NCBI GenBank assembly: GCA_963840855.1
Contig: CAWJBB010000089.1
Location: 1-10,178 of the forward strand
DNA from: an uncultured delta proteobacterium
GTDB taxonomy: Bacteria; Desulfobacterota; Binatia; UBA9968
Direction of reading: 5' to 3'
DNA length: 10,178 nt
Shown: piece after piece, positions 1 to 7,975 of the stretch
Layout: every line of letters starts with the position of its first letter
Position numbering within the stretch: position 1 is the first letter of the stretch
Notes under the pieces: generated by a model
Seen by the model: only the letters and a program-made list of their open reading frames with translations
The model's database searches: none
What the model was told of the DNA's origin: nothing
Translations under genes and position numbers: made by a program

Positions 1-35
1 TCTCCCCGTTTCATGCCCGCCGCTGGAGTTTGCGA

Positions 36-1266
36 TCAGAATCCGTAGAGCAACTGGAGCCCCAAGGTTGTCTGATTAGCACTAGCGTTGCTGGACCCTC
101 TCTTATAAACGGCTCGATTGGCCCAGTCCTGCCTGAGTTCCGCTCGCCCGACGAACATTTTGGTGAACTTGTAGGTTCCCGCCAATGTCACTTCGCCGAG
201 GGCAACGTTGAAGATAGGTTTGGTAGCTGCAAAGCCTTGGGTCCTCGACGCCCCCTCGTCTAGGAATAGCTCCGTTCGGATCGCCGTGCTGAAGCGGTCC
301 GTCCAGCTCCAAGATCCAACGGCGGCAAACGCGTACCACTGCGCATCCTTAACCCCCGTCGGTGTCGATGCGTCTTGCTCAGAACCTAACGTGGCTTCCA
401 GTAAGACAGTGAGGGGATCCATTGGCTTGATTGTGGCGACATTACTCCAGGTAAAACGCGCGTCGTTGGTATTATGCGTCTGTTCCGGACCAACAACGAT
501 ATTGCTTGCCAATGAGAAAGAATCGGTAGGTGTAAAGGTAACCCCGAACAAACCCGAAGGGGAACCGTTGTTATCGCGCGGATTATCCCATCCGGTTATA
601 ACACCCACGCTCGCTGTTAGGGTTTTGAGAAACGGATAGCTAAAAAGTGTCCCCAGATGACGTAGGGGAACCGCAAAGTTAAACGCGAACGAGCGGGTTA
701 TTTGGTCGTTGTAGCTTCCAGGGTTAAGAAGGATTTCCGTCCCTAAGGGGGTGACAAACAAACCGCCTTTGAATTGAATTCCCTCGCCGAAGGGAATCGT
801 CGTCGTTATATAGGACTCGCGCAACTCGGCAGAGGGTTCCTTGTTGAGATTTTTTCCCCACAAAGTTGTTTCCCTCAACAGCTCTCCGGTGCGGCCGAAA
901 TCACCGGATATGTGGAAGCCAACACCCCAATCCTTCTCCGGCTTATCCAAAACTATATGAAAATCGTTAAAGTTGACTTTGTTTTGGTCCCCATAAAAAT
1001 ATCGACCGCTGATTCTGGACGGGATCCTTCGGATGACGCGAACTCCAAGTGTAACTCGTGTCCAGATACCCACCGAAGTTAATTCCCAGCGCATCTTGAA
1101 TAGCGCCCTTTCCGCTGGCGATACCTGTGTCCATGGGCCCAATACAACAATCTAAACTAAGCCAACCCGGTGCCAAAGGTTTCTCTTCCTCAGCAGCGCG
1201 CGCCAACTGCGGCACAAGGGTAAGTACCGAGAAGAAAATCAGTAATCGCACAATCCGAAATGTCAT
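36..1266 (-). CDS. Outer-membrane beta-barrel porin, probably BBP2/DUF1597-like, ~409 aa after correcting one frameshift
   Basis: ATG at 1266 lies 8 nt after a GGAGGAGG SD. Sec signal MTFRIVRLLIFFSVLTLVPQLARA|AEE. ORF 967..1299 joins ORF 36..1142 on removing one G from GGG 1021-1023 (GGYLDTSYTWSSRHPKDP-SRISGRYF). Alternating beta-strand pattern, motifs GLFVTPLGTE and GVITGWDN, and a C-terminal beta-signal ending LGLQLLYGF. Family assigned by recognition, not by search. Confidence 0.85.
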
Positions 1267-1274
1267 TTCGCAAA

Positions 1275-1282
1275 CCTCCTCC
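1275..1282 (-). promoter_or_regulatory. Shine-Dalgarno site of the porin gene
   Basis: GGAGGAGG on the minus strand, 8 nt upstream of ATG 1266. Confidence 0.8.
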
Positions 1283-1351
1283 AACTTTTCCGTCGTCATA
1301 ATCGATCTTGCCTAGGCAAAGACACTAGATCAAGATCCCTCGCGGGACAAC

Positions 1352-1367
1352 GCAATCAAAGTGCCAA
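1352..1367 (-). promoter_or_regulatory. sigma54 (-24/-12) promoter of the porin gene
   Basis: Minus strand reads TTGGCAC-TTTGA-TTGC, matching TGGCAC-N5-TTGC with 10 nt between GG and GC. It is intergenic and correctly oriented; predicted +1 is near 1340. Confidence 0.85.
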
Positions 1368-1449
1368 GCAAACAGTAATTACAATCACATGCAAGGATCT
1401 GTAAACATTGATATTTTGTTCTGGAACTTAAAGGTGCTACGAAACTGAT

Positions 1450-1486
1450 TGCTGAATAAATGGGCACCGTGATTATCATTTGTGCA
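1450..1486. promoter_or_regulatory. Tandem NtrC-like enhancer sites upstream of the porin promoter
   Basis: 1450-1466 TGCTGAATAAATGGGCA (TGC-N11-GCA; minus strand TGCCCATTTATTCAGCA) and 1470-1486 (minus strand TGCACAAATGATAATCA). Centres are 20 bp apart, at about -110 to -146 from the predicted +1. Confidence 0.6.
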
Positions 1487-1543
1487 GCGCCAAATTCCAG
1501 GCTACACCCTGGTACCCCAGCAGGCATCCGGCGCCGCGCAAAT
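1478..1543. repeat. Imperfect 14-bp inverted repeat just downstream of narB
   Basis: ATTTGTGCAGCGCC (1478-1491) and GGCGCCGCGCAAAT (1530-1543) match at 12/14 positions. An inner hairpin CCAGG-N6-CCTGG lies at 1497-1512. No U-tract follows. Confidence 0.35.
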
Positions 1544-1569
1544 CCAGAAAGTTGGTACAACAGCCCACG

Positions 1570-3727
1570 TCAATTATCCTCTATCGGAAAGTCCTCGACT
1601 TTCCGCACCCGCACGGCGCAGGCCTTGAGCTCCGGCTGGCGCGAAACCGGATCGCGGGCGCTGATGGTCAGATTATTCGCCGCCTTGAAAAAACCCTGCT
1701 CGCGGCTCCAGTGGAACGGCAGAAAGCATGTGCCCTGGACTATTTCTTCAGTGACTCGGCACTGCGCCATCACCTTGCCGCGGCGCGAAAGGATTTCGAC
1801 AAAGTCCGCGTCCTGGATGCCGTATCGGCGCGCGTCCGCGCGATTAATCTCCAGGATCGGGTCTGGAGCACTTTTGCGCAGTGCTTCGTTTTTTCCGGTC
1901 CGCGTCAACGTATGCCAGTGATATTTCGACCGGCCGGTCGTCAGCGTCAGAGGATAATCGCGATCCGGACCTTCGACGGGTTCCACGTGATCCACCGCGA
2001 TGAAGTTTGCTTTGCCGCTCGCCGTCGGAAATTTTCCGCGGTCATACAACCGCTCCGTTCCACCGGGTTTTTTCTTTGAACAAGGCCATTGCAGCGGCCC
2101 CTTTTCCTTGAGCCGGCCGGTAGCTCATGCCCGAGCAGTCGCACAAAGTATTCTGCGTAAGCGCGGCGTACTCCGTGAAAATGGTCTCAGTGGAGTCATA
2201 AGAAAAAGCCGCATCGAATCCCATCGCATGGGCGAAGCGGGCGATAATTTGCCAGTCCGGCAACGCTTCACCGGGCGGGTCCACGAGCTGCGGCATATAA
2301 GTGACCCGCCGTTCGGAATTGGTCATAACGCCCTCTTTTTCGCTCCACTGCGCGGCGGGCAGCAAAACATGGGCAAGACGGCTGGTGGCGGTCGGATGAT
2401 AGGCGTCTTGGACTACCACCAGCTCCGCTTGGCGCAGCGCCTTTTCGATGAGGTCGGTCTCCGGCACAGAGGCCGCGGGATTGGTGCAAAGAATCCAGAG
2501 CGCCTTAAGTTTACCCGCGGCGAGCGCCTCGAACTGTTCCAATGCCGGCAGTCCCGGTTCAGGAGAGATACTGGCGCAAGGCACACCCCAGAAACGCTCG
2601 ACTTCTTGACGATGCTTCGAGTTCTCAACGCTCCGATAACCCGGCAGCATATGGGCAAGCCCGCCCACTTCCCTGCCGCCCATCGCGTTGGGCTGGCCGG
2701 TTAGCGAAAAAGGGCCGCAGCCGGGCTTGCCGATCTTGCCGGTGGCCAGATGCAGATTGTGGATGGCGTTGTTTTTATGCACGCCGGCGCTGCTCTGGTT
2801 GACGCCCATGCTCCAGAGACTCATGGCCGTTTTCGCCATGCCGAATATCAGCGCCGCTTCGACGATCAAACATTCGGGCACGCCGCAGATTTTCTCGGCT
2901 AGCTTTGGCGGATAGCGCTTGATCCTGTCCAGCAGCGCGGCAAAGCCTTTCGTTTGCCGAGCGATAAACTGCCGGTCGATCAGATTTTCGTCGAGCAAAA
3001 CGTAAAGCATGCTATTGAGCAGCGCAATGTCGCTGCCGGGGCGAATCGGCAAATGGAGATCGGCGAAATCCGCGGTCTCGGTGCGCCGGGGATCGACGGC
3101 GATAATCGTCACGCGCTTGGGATCGTCGTTCTTGCGCGCCTTAATGCGTTTGAAAATCACCGGATGACAATCGGCGGTGTTGCTGCCGATCAGCAACAGG
3201 CAGTTGGCTTCATCGATGTCGGCATACGAACCCGGCGGCCCGTCCGAACCCAGCGATGTTTGATACCCCACCACCGCCGAGGACATGCAGAGACGCGAAT
3301 TGGTATCGAAGTTGTTCGTGCCGATGAAACCTTTGGCGAGCTTGTTGGCGATGTAATATTCCTCCGTCGTCAGCTGCCCTGAGCCATAAAAAGCCACAGC
3401 ATCGGGTCCGTGCTCGGCGATGATCTCGCGAAAGCGCCGGCCGAGATAATTCATTGTCTCGTCCCATGACGCGCGCTTGAACGGGCCTTCCTGGCAGGAG
3501 CGGATTTGCGGATAGAGCAAGCGGTCTGGCGTTCTGAGTATTTCAGGCAGATAGACGGCTTTGAGGCAAAGATCGCCCAAACTGGACGGATGATCCGGAT
3601 CGCCCTTGATCTTGTGCACGGCGCCGTCTTTGATCCCGGCGAGAAGCCCGCATCCCACGCCGCAGTAGGGGCAGTACGATTTGCTCCAGCGCTCCACCGC
3701 GTTCTCGTTATTCGTTTCCGCTCTCAC
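1570..3727 (-). CDS. narB: Assimilatory molybdopterin nitrate reductase, NarB-like, ~718 aa after correcting one frameshift
   Basis: GTG at 3727 with a GAGG SD. [4Fe-4S] motif CPYCGVGC-x27-C, Mo-ligand region NSRLCMSS, LTGQPNAMGGRE, and C-terminal LTTGR...W...TRT and DPVSRQPELK. Removing one base at ~2117-2120 gives SY-GRLKEKGPLQWPC...TERLYDRGKF, joining ORFs 2042..3727 and 1570..2049. No Tat signal (so not NapA) and no C-terminal BFD [2Fe-2S] domain. Confidence 0.9.
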
Positions 3728-3738
3728 ACCTAATCCTC

Positions 3739-4731
3739 TCAGGCCGCGGTTTCACGCCCCATGGGTACCGCTCTTTCGGCCACCCCGACGCTCCTCTGGT
3801 CGGAGGATTCGGAGTGAATTCGCGCCGCGCGATAACGGCGTCGAAAGCGGTTGAAACCCGTGAATTTTTCGATGACAAACAGCTCGTCCGGGGTCGCGGC
3901 GCACCGCGCATCCGCCGTGTTTTGCTGCGGCGCCGGCGTCGTTGCCGCCGCTTGGTGATGCGCCCGTTCCTCGAGAAAATCGATGAGATGTCCGCGGGTC
4001 TCGGCATAAACCGGATCGGCGATGATCGCCAATCGGTCACGCGGACGTTGAAACGGCACCGTAACGATTTCACCGACGGTGGCGGCGGGACCGTTGGTCA
4101 TCAGCACGATGCGATCGGCGAGCAACAGCGCTTCATCGACGTCGTGGGTGACCATGAGCACGGTCTTGTGCGTTTCGGCGCAGAGTTGAATCAACTGGTC
4201 CTGCAACTCCATGCGCGTGACGACATCAAGAAGGCTAAACGGCTCGTCGAGCAACAGCACCTTGGGCTCCAGCGCAAAGGCGCGAGCGATGCCCACCCGC
4301 TGGCGCATGCCCGCGGAAAGTTCTTCCGGATAAGCGCCGGCAACATCGCTGAGCCCCACCGAGGCGAGAAACTCGTCGGCGCGTGCGATACGTTCCCTGC
4401 GCTTGCCTCGGCCATTGACCTGATCCAGCGCGAGCAGCACATTTTCCCGCGCCGTTAACCACGGCAGCAGCGCCGGGGACTGAAATACCACGCCGCGTTC
4501 CAATCCTGGACCGACCACCTCACGGCCGGCAACGACGACCCCGCCTGCCGTGGCATCGTTGAGCCCCATGGCGATGGAGAGCACGGTGGACTTGCCGCAG
4601 CCCGAGTGGCCGACGATACTGACGAATTCACCCTCGCTTACACGCAGGTTAAAATCCTTGACGATAACCGCGGGGCCTTGCTCGGTGTCGTATGTCTTGC
4701 CGAGGCTCGTCAGTTCCAGTAATGGAATCAT
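3739..4731 (-). CDS. nrtD: Nitrate ABC transporter ATP-binding subunit with a ~73-aa C-terminal tail
   Basis: Walker A GHSGCGKST, Q-loop VVFQ, signature LSAGMRQR, Walker B LLLDEPF, H-loop VTHDVDE. Fourth gene of the nrt block. Confidence 0.88.
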   Translation of the reverse strand: MIPLLELTSLGKTYDTEQGPAVIVKDFNLRVSEGEFVSIVGHSGCGKSTVLSIAMGLNDATAGGVVVAGREVVGPGLERGVVFQSPALLPWLTARENVLLALDQVNGRGKRRERIARADEFLASVGLSDVAGAYPEELSAGMRQRVGIARAFALEPKVLLLDEPFSLLDVVTRMELQDQLIQLCAETHKTVLMVTHDVDEALLLADRIVLMTNGPAATVGEIVTVPFQRPRDRLAIIADPVYAETRGHLIDFLEERAHHQAAATTPAPQQNTADARCAATPDELFVIEKFTGFNRFRRRYRAARIHSESSDQRSVGVAERAVPMGRETAA

Positions 4732-4749
4732 AGCTGCTTTTCTTCCTAT

Positions 4750-5592
4750 CTAGTTAAGTGCAATACCGCCCTGTGCCGGCGTCCCATGGCCGGCGCGATC
4801 CTTTCCACCCATGACGAGCAAGCTCACGGTTTCGCGCCGCACCCGTTGATAGCCCGGCGCGCCGCCCAACTGCGCGCGGGAGCGAGGATGCGGCGCATCG
4901 ACGCGGACGGCCGGTCCGAGGGTAGCGCCGGGCCCGGGCGCCAGCGTGTAAATGGAGTCGGCGAGCAGAATTGCTTCGTCGATGTCGTTGGTAATCATCA
5001 CCACGGTCTTGCGCGTTGCCATCCAGATGCGCCCCAATTCCTCCTGCAGCGTGCCGCGGGTGAGCGCGTCGAGGGCGCTGAACGGCTCGTCCAAGAGGAG
5101 CACTTTCGGATCCATCGCGAGACCGCGCGCCACGGCGACGCGCTGGCGCATGCCGCCGGAAAGCTCCCGCGGCACTTTCTTCATCGCGGCGCCAAGATTG
5201 ACTAAACGGATGTAGTGCTCCGTGCGCTCGCGCTTCTCCGCTTTGGCGAGATTCGGTCCCACCGCGTCGACGGCCAGATAGACGTTTTCGAAGACCGTCA
5301 TCCACGGCAACAACGAATAATTCTGAAAGACCACGCCGCGGTCGGGGCTCGGTCCATCGATCGGTTTGCCTTCGAGAAGGATTTCGCCGAGATCCGGTTC
5401 GATCAGCCCCGCGATCAATGAAATCAACGTCGTCTTGCCCGATCCCGAGCGGCCGACGACGCAGACGAATTCATTCTCGTCGATGTTCAAGTTGACATCG
5501 CGCAGCACCGGCAGTTTGCCGCTCACCTGGGACGGCGCGCGCGCATTGCGCACGTAGCTCTTGCTGATGCCTCTGAGTTCGAGATAGGCCAT
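4750..5592 (-). CDS. nrtC: Nitrate ABC transporter ATP-binding subunit, short form without the NrtA-like regulatory domain
   Basis: Walker A GRSGSGKTT, VVFQNYSLLPW, LSGGMRQR, LLLDEPFSALD. The H-loop reads ITND (His replaced by Asn). Confidence 0.88.
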   Translation of the reverse strand: MAYLELRGISKSYVRNARAPSQVSGKLPVLRDVNLNIDENEFVCVVGRSGSGKTTLISLIAGLIEPDLGEILLEGKPIDGPSPDRGVVFQNYSLLPWMTVFENVYLAVDAVGPNLAKAEKRERTEHYIRLVNLGAAMKKVPRELSGGMRQRVAVARGLAMDPKVLLLDEPFSALDALTRGTLQEELGRIWMATRKTVVMITNDIDEAILLADSIYTLAPGPGATLGPAVRVDAPHPRSRAQLGGAPGYQRVRRETVSLLVMGGKDRAGHGTPAQGGIALN

Positions 5593-5602
5593 GAGTGAAA
5601 CC

Positions 5603-6376
5603 TCAAGCGGTCTTGAATCGCCGTTCGACCACGCTCATCAGCCGGTCCAAACCGAAGCCGATGAGCCCGATCGTCAGCACCGAGAGAAGAATGTGCGAGT
5701 AAACCAGACTGTTGTATTCCTGCCAGAGAAAACCGCCCAGACCCGGCGAGCCGGTGAGCATTTCCGCGGCGACGATAACCAGCCAGGCCATACCCAGGCT
5801 CAAGCGATAGCCGGTGAACATGTAAGGCAGCGTCGCCGGAATCATGATCTTTCTGAGTTTTTTCATAGGTGAAAGTTTCAGCACCCGGCCGACGTTCAAG
5901 TACTCGGTGCTGATGCTGCGCACGCCCATGGCCGTGTTGATCACCGTCGGCCACATGGCGCACAGCGCGATCGTGAACAAGGCTGCGGGCTCCGACTGCT
6001 TGAAAATGACCAGTCCCAATGGCAGCCAAGCGAGCGGCGAAATCGGCCTGAGCACTTGGATGACAGGGTCGAAGGCGCGGTTGAAGTTCGTCGACACGCC
6101 GAGCAAGAAACCCAGCGGCGTGCCTATCGCTATCGCCAACAAAAACCCCTTGGCCACCCGAATGAGACTGAGAAACGAAAAGCGAAGAATCCCTTGATTC
6201 ATCTCGCCGTCCTTGAAGAACGGATTCAGGATATATTGCTGGCTCTCTTGCCAGGTGCGCAGCGGCGATGGCAGATCCGGAGCGACGTTGAAACTGAGCG
6301 CCGTCCAAATCACCAGTACCAGACCGATGCCGAGCATCGGCAAAAACAGCGCCGCTGAGTCGAAGCGTTTTTCCAT
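5603..6376 (-). CDS. nrtB: Nitrate ABC transporter permease
   Basis: About 6 hydrophobic segments, with motifs LPSP, LRPISPLAWLPL, WPTVINTAMGV and AWLVIVAAEML. GAGGT SD overlaps the nrtA stop. Confidence 0.92.
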   Translation of the reverse strand: MEKRFDSAALFLPMLGIGLVLVIWTALSFNVAPDLPSPLRTWQESQQYILNPFFKDGEMNQGILRFSFLSLIRVAKGFLLAIAIGTPLGFLLGVSTNFNRAFDPVIQVLRPISPLAWLPLGLVIFKQSEPAALFTIALCAMWPTVINTAMGVRSISTEYLNVGRVLKLSPMKKLRKIMIPATLPYMFTGYRLSLGMAWLVIVAAEMLTGSPGLGGFLWQEYNSLVYSHILLSVLTIGLIGFGLDRLMSVVERRFKTA

Positions 6377-6391
6377 TGTTTCGTTTGACCT

Positions 6392-7666
6392 CTAGGCGAG
6401 ATTGGTGACCGCAAATTTCTTCACATACTCTTCGGGATTGCTTGGATCGAACTCGACCTTGTCGAAAAGCGTTTCCTTCTTCATATCTTCTTTCGGTACA
6501 GCGACGCCCATCTCTTTGCGCGACTTCGCGGTAAAGCTCTGGGCGGAGCACCTTGTTGACGATACCGGCGTAATCCGGCGCGCCCTTGACCATGCCCCAG
6601 CGGCGAAACTGGCTGATCCACCACACGCCGTGCGACTTCCATGGGAAATTGGTATTGCGGTCGAAGAACGTCATATAGTTCGGATCTTTTTCCTTGCGGC
6701 CGTCGCCGTAGTCGTAATCGCCGAGCATGCGGCCCAAGATGACTTCTTTCTGCGTGTTGATGTACTGCGGCTTTGAGACCACCTCGGCCATGTGGGGGCG
6801 ATTTTCCAGCTTATCGATATACTGGCTCGACTCGGTCACGGCTCGGAGAATCGCCTTGACGGTTTTTGGATTCTTGTCGGCGAACTCTAGCGTGAAGGCC
6901 AGCACTTTCTCCGGATGGTCTTTCCAGATTTGCTGCGTTGTCACCGCCGTGTAACCGATGCCGTCCGCGATGGCGCGCGCGTTCCAGGGCTCGCCGACGC
7001 AGAATCCGTCCATTTTGTCGACTTTCATGTTCGCGACCATTTGTGGCGGCGGAATCGTGATCAAGGTCACATCTTTGTCCGGGTTGATGCCGCCGGCGGC
7101 GAGCCAGTAGCGCGTCCACATGGCGTGGGTACCGGGCGGAAACGTCATCGCAAAGGTCATCGGCTTGCCGGCTTTTTTGGCCTCGTCGACGATCGGCTTC
7201 AATGCCTGCGGCGTGCGTATTCCTTTGGCTTTTAAATCATTCTCCAGCGTAATCGCCTGGCCGTTGCGATTGAGCACGAACGGAATGATCATCGGTTTTA
7301 CCGGCGAGCCCAACAGCCCCATGCTCGATGAAAACGGCATGCCGAAAAGCATGTGGGTCGCCTGGTTTTCGCCCAACGTCAGCTTGTCGCGAATCGCCGC
7401 CCACGACGCTTCCTTTGAAATTATCGATTCGATGCCATGTTTCTTGAAGAGCCCGAGCTCATGGGCCATGACGATGGATGAACAGTCGGTCAGGGCGATG
7501 ATGCCAAAGCGAATATTTTTCGTCTCGGGACCATCCGCCGCATAAGCGCCGCCAATCCAGCCTTTCGGCATGCCGACCGAGCAGCAACCCCAACGAACTA
7601 GCCGTCGATAGTTTGATAAACTTGCGCCGCGTCAGCGCATTTGTTTGAGCCGCTTTTCTTTGCCAC
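6392..7666 (-). CDS. nrtA: Nitrate/nitrite ABC transporter substrate-binding protein (NrtA/CmpA family) with Tat signal, ~423 aa after three corrections
   Basis: GTG at 7666 lies 9 nt after GGAGGG. The reconstructed N-terminus is MAKKSGSNNALTRRKFIKLSTASSLGLLLGGMPKGWIGGAYA|ADGPE (extra bases at ~7641 and ~7575). Motifs SWAAIRD, NGQAI, TFPPGTH, IPPPQMV, CVGEPWN and HPEK. Removing the base at 6518 gives EVAKEMG...FDPSNPEEYVKKFAVTNLA with TAG at 6392-6394. Confidence 0.9.
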
Positions 7667-7671
7667 GATTT

Positions 7672-7975
7672 CTATCCCTCCACCATGAAAATTGATCGCC
7701 TTGGCGAACGAGCTTGAATACTTTGACTTTGAGCTTGGGGTTGGTCGAGCACGACCCGGTCTTAAGGTCGAACTTATAGCCGTGCAGCGGGCAGACGACT
7801 TCGCCCTCTTCGATCGAACCCATCGCGAGCTGCCCGCCTGCATGCGGGCAGGTGTTTTGAATCGCGCACAGTTGTCCCTGATGTTTAAAGACAGCCACCT
7901 CGTCATTTGTTCATGCGAGCCAATTTCGCCGAGCCTTCGTCGATCTCGTTCGGATTGATCATGGGGCCTATCGAC
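7672..7975 (-). other. Rieske [2Fe-2S] ferredoxin-type (NirD-like) domain, either the C-terminal domain of NirA or a separate small gene from ATG 7962
   Basis: NTCPHAGG and VCPLHGYKFDLKTG give complete CxH...CxxH ligands. Upstream INPNEIDEGSAKLARMN-NDEVAVF joins on removing one T at 7906-7908. The likely true end is ...MVEG* at TAG 7672-7674, overlapping the nrtA SD region. Confidence 0.85.

Noticed and set aside
1-35. Possible start (ATG at 14) or SD (GGGGAGA) of the next minus-strand gene
   Set aside because: Too little sequence before the window edge to support a call.
1267-1299. Porin start at ATG 1299
   Set aside because: ATG 1266 has the strong SD and starts a clean signal peptide; the longer start adds an acidic segment that spans the SD.
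1375-1414. NtcA box (GTA-N8-TAC) or IHF site upstream of the porin
   Set aside because: GTAATTAC (1375-1382) has the wrong spacing and GTA-N8-TAT (1401-1414) mismatches. The IHF-like TATCAATGTTTAC misses two positions of the TTR element, so it is kept only as an AT-rich spacer.
1497-1512. ANTAR (NasR/NasT) target hairpin
   Set aside because: It is a single hairpin whose minus-strand loop GTGTAG lacks the A1/G4 pattern, and it lies upstream of the promoter, not in a leader.
1330-1560. 76-aa minus-strand ORF between narB and the porin
   Set aside because: It runs across the promoter and enhancer motifs and has no recognisable protein features.
1570-2049. Separate 159-aa molybdopterin dinucleotide-binding gene (split nitrate reductase)
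   Set aside because: It joins the upstream ORF with one base removed at ~2119, restoring the conserved LQWPC segment.
5523-6518. 682-aa ORF suggesting a giant NrtA or an NrtA fusion overlapping nrtB
   Set aside because: One extra base at 6518 causes read-through. The corrected frame gives a normal NrtA C-terminus and a stop at 6392; the extension is Arg-rich off-frame sequence.
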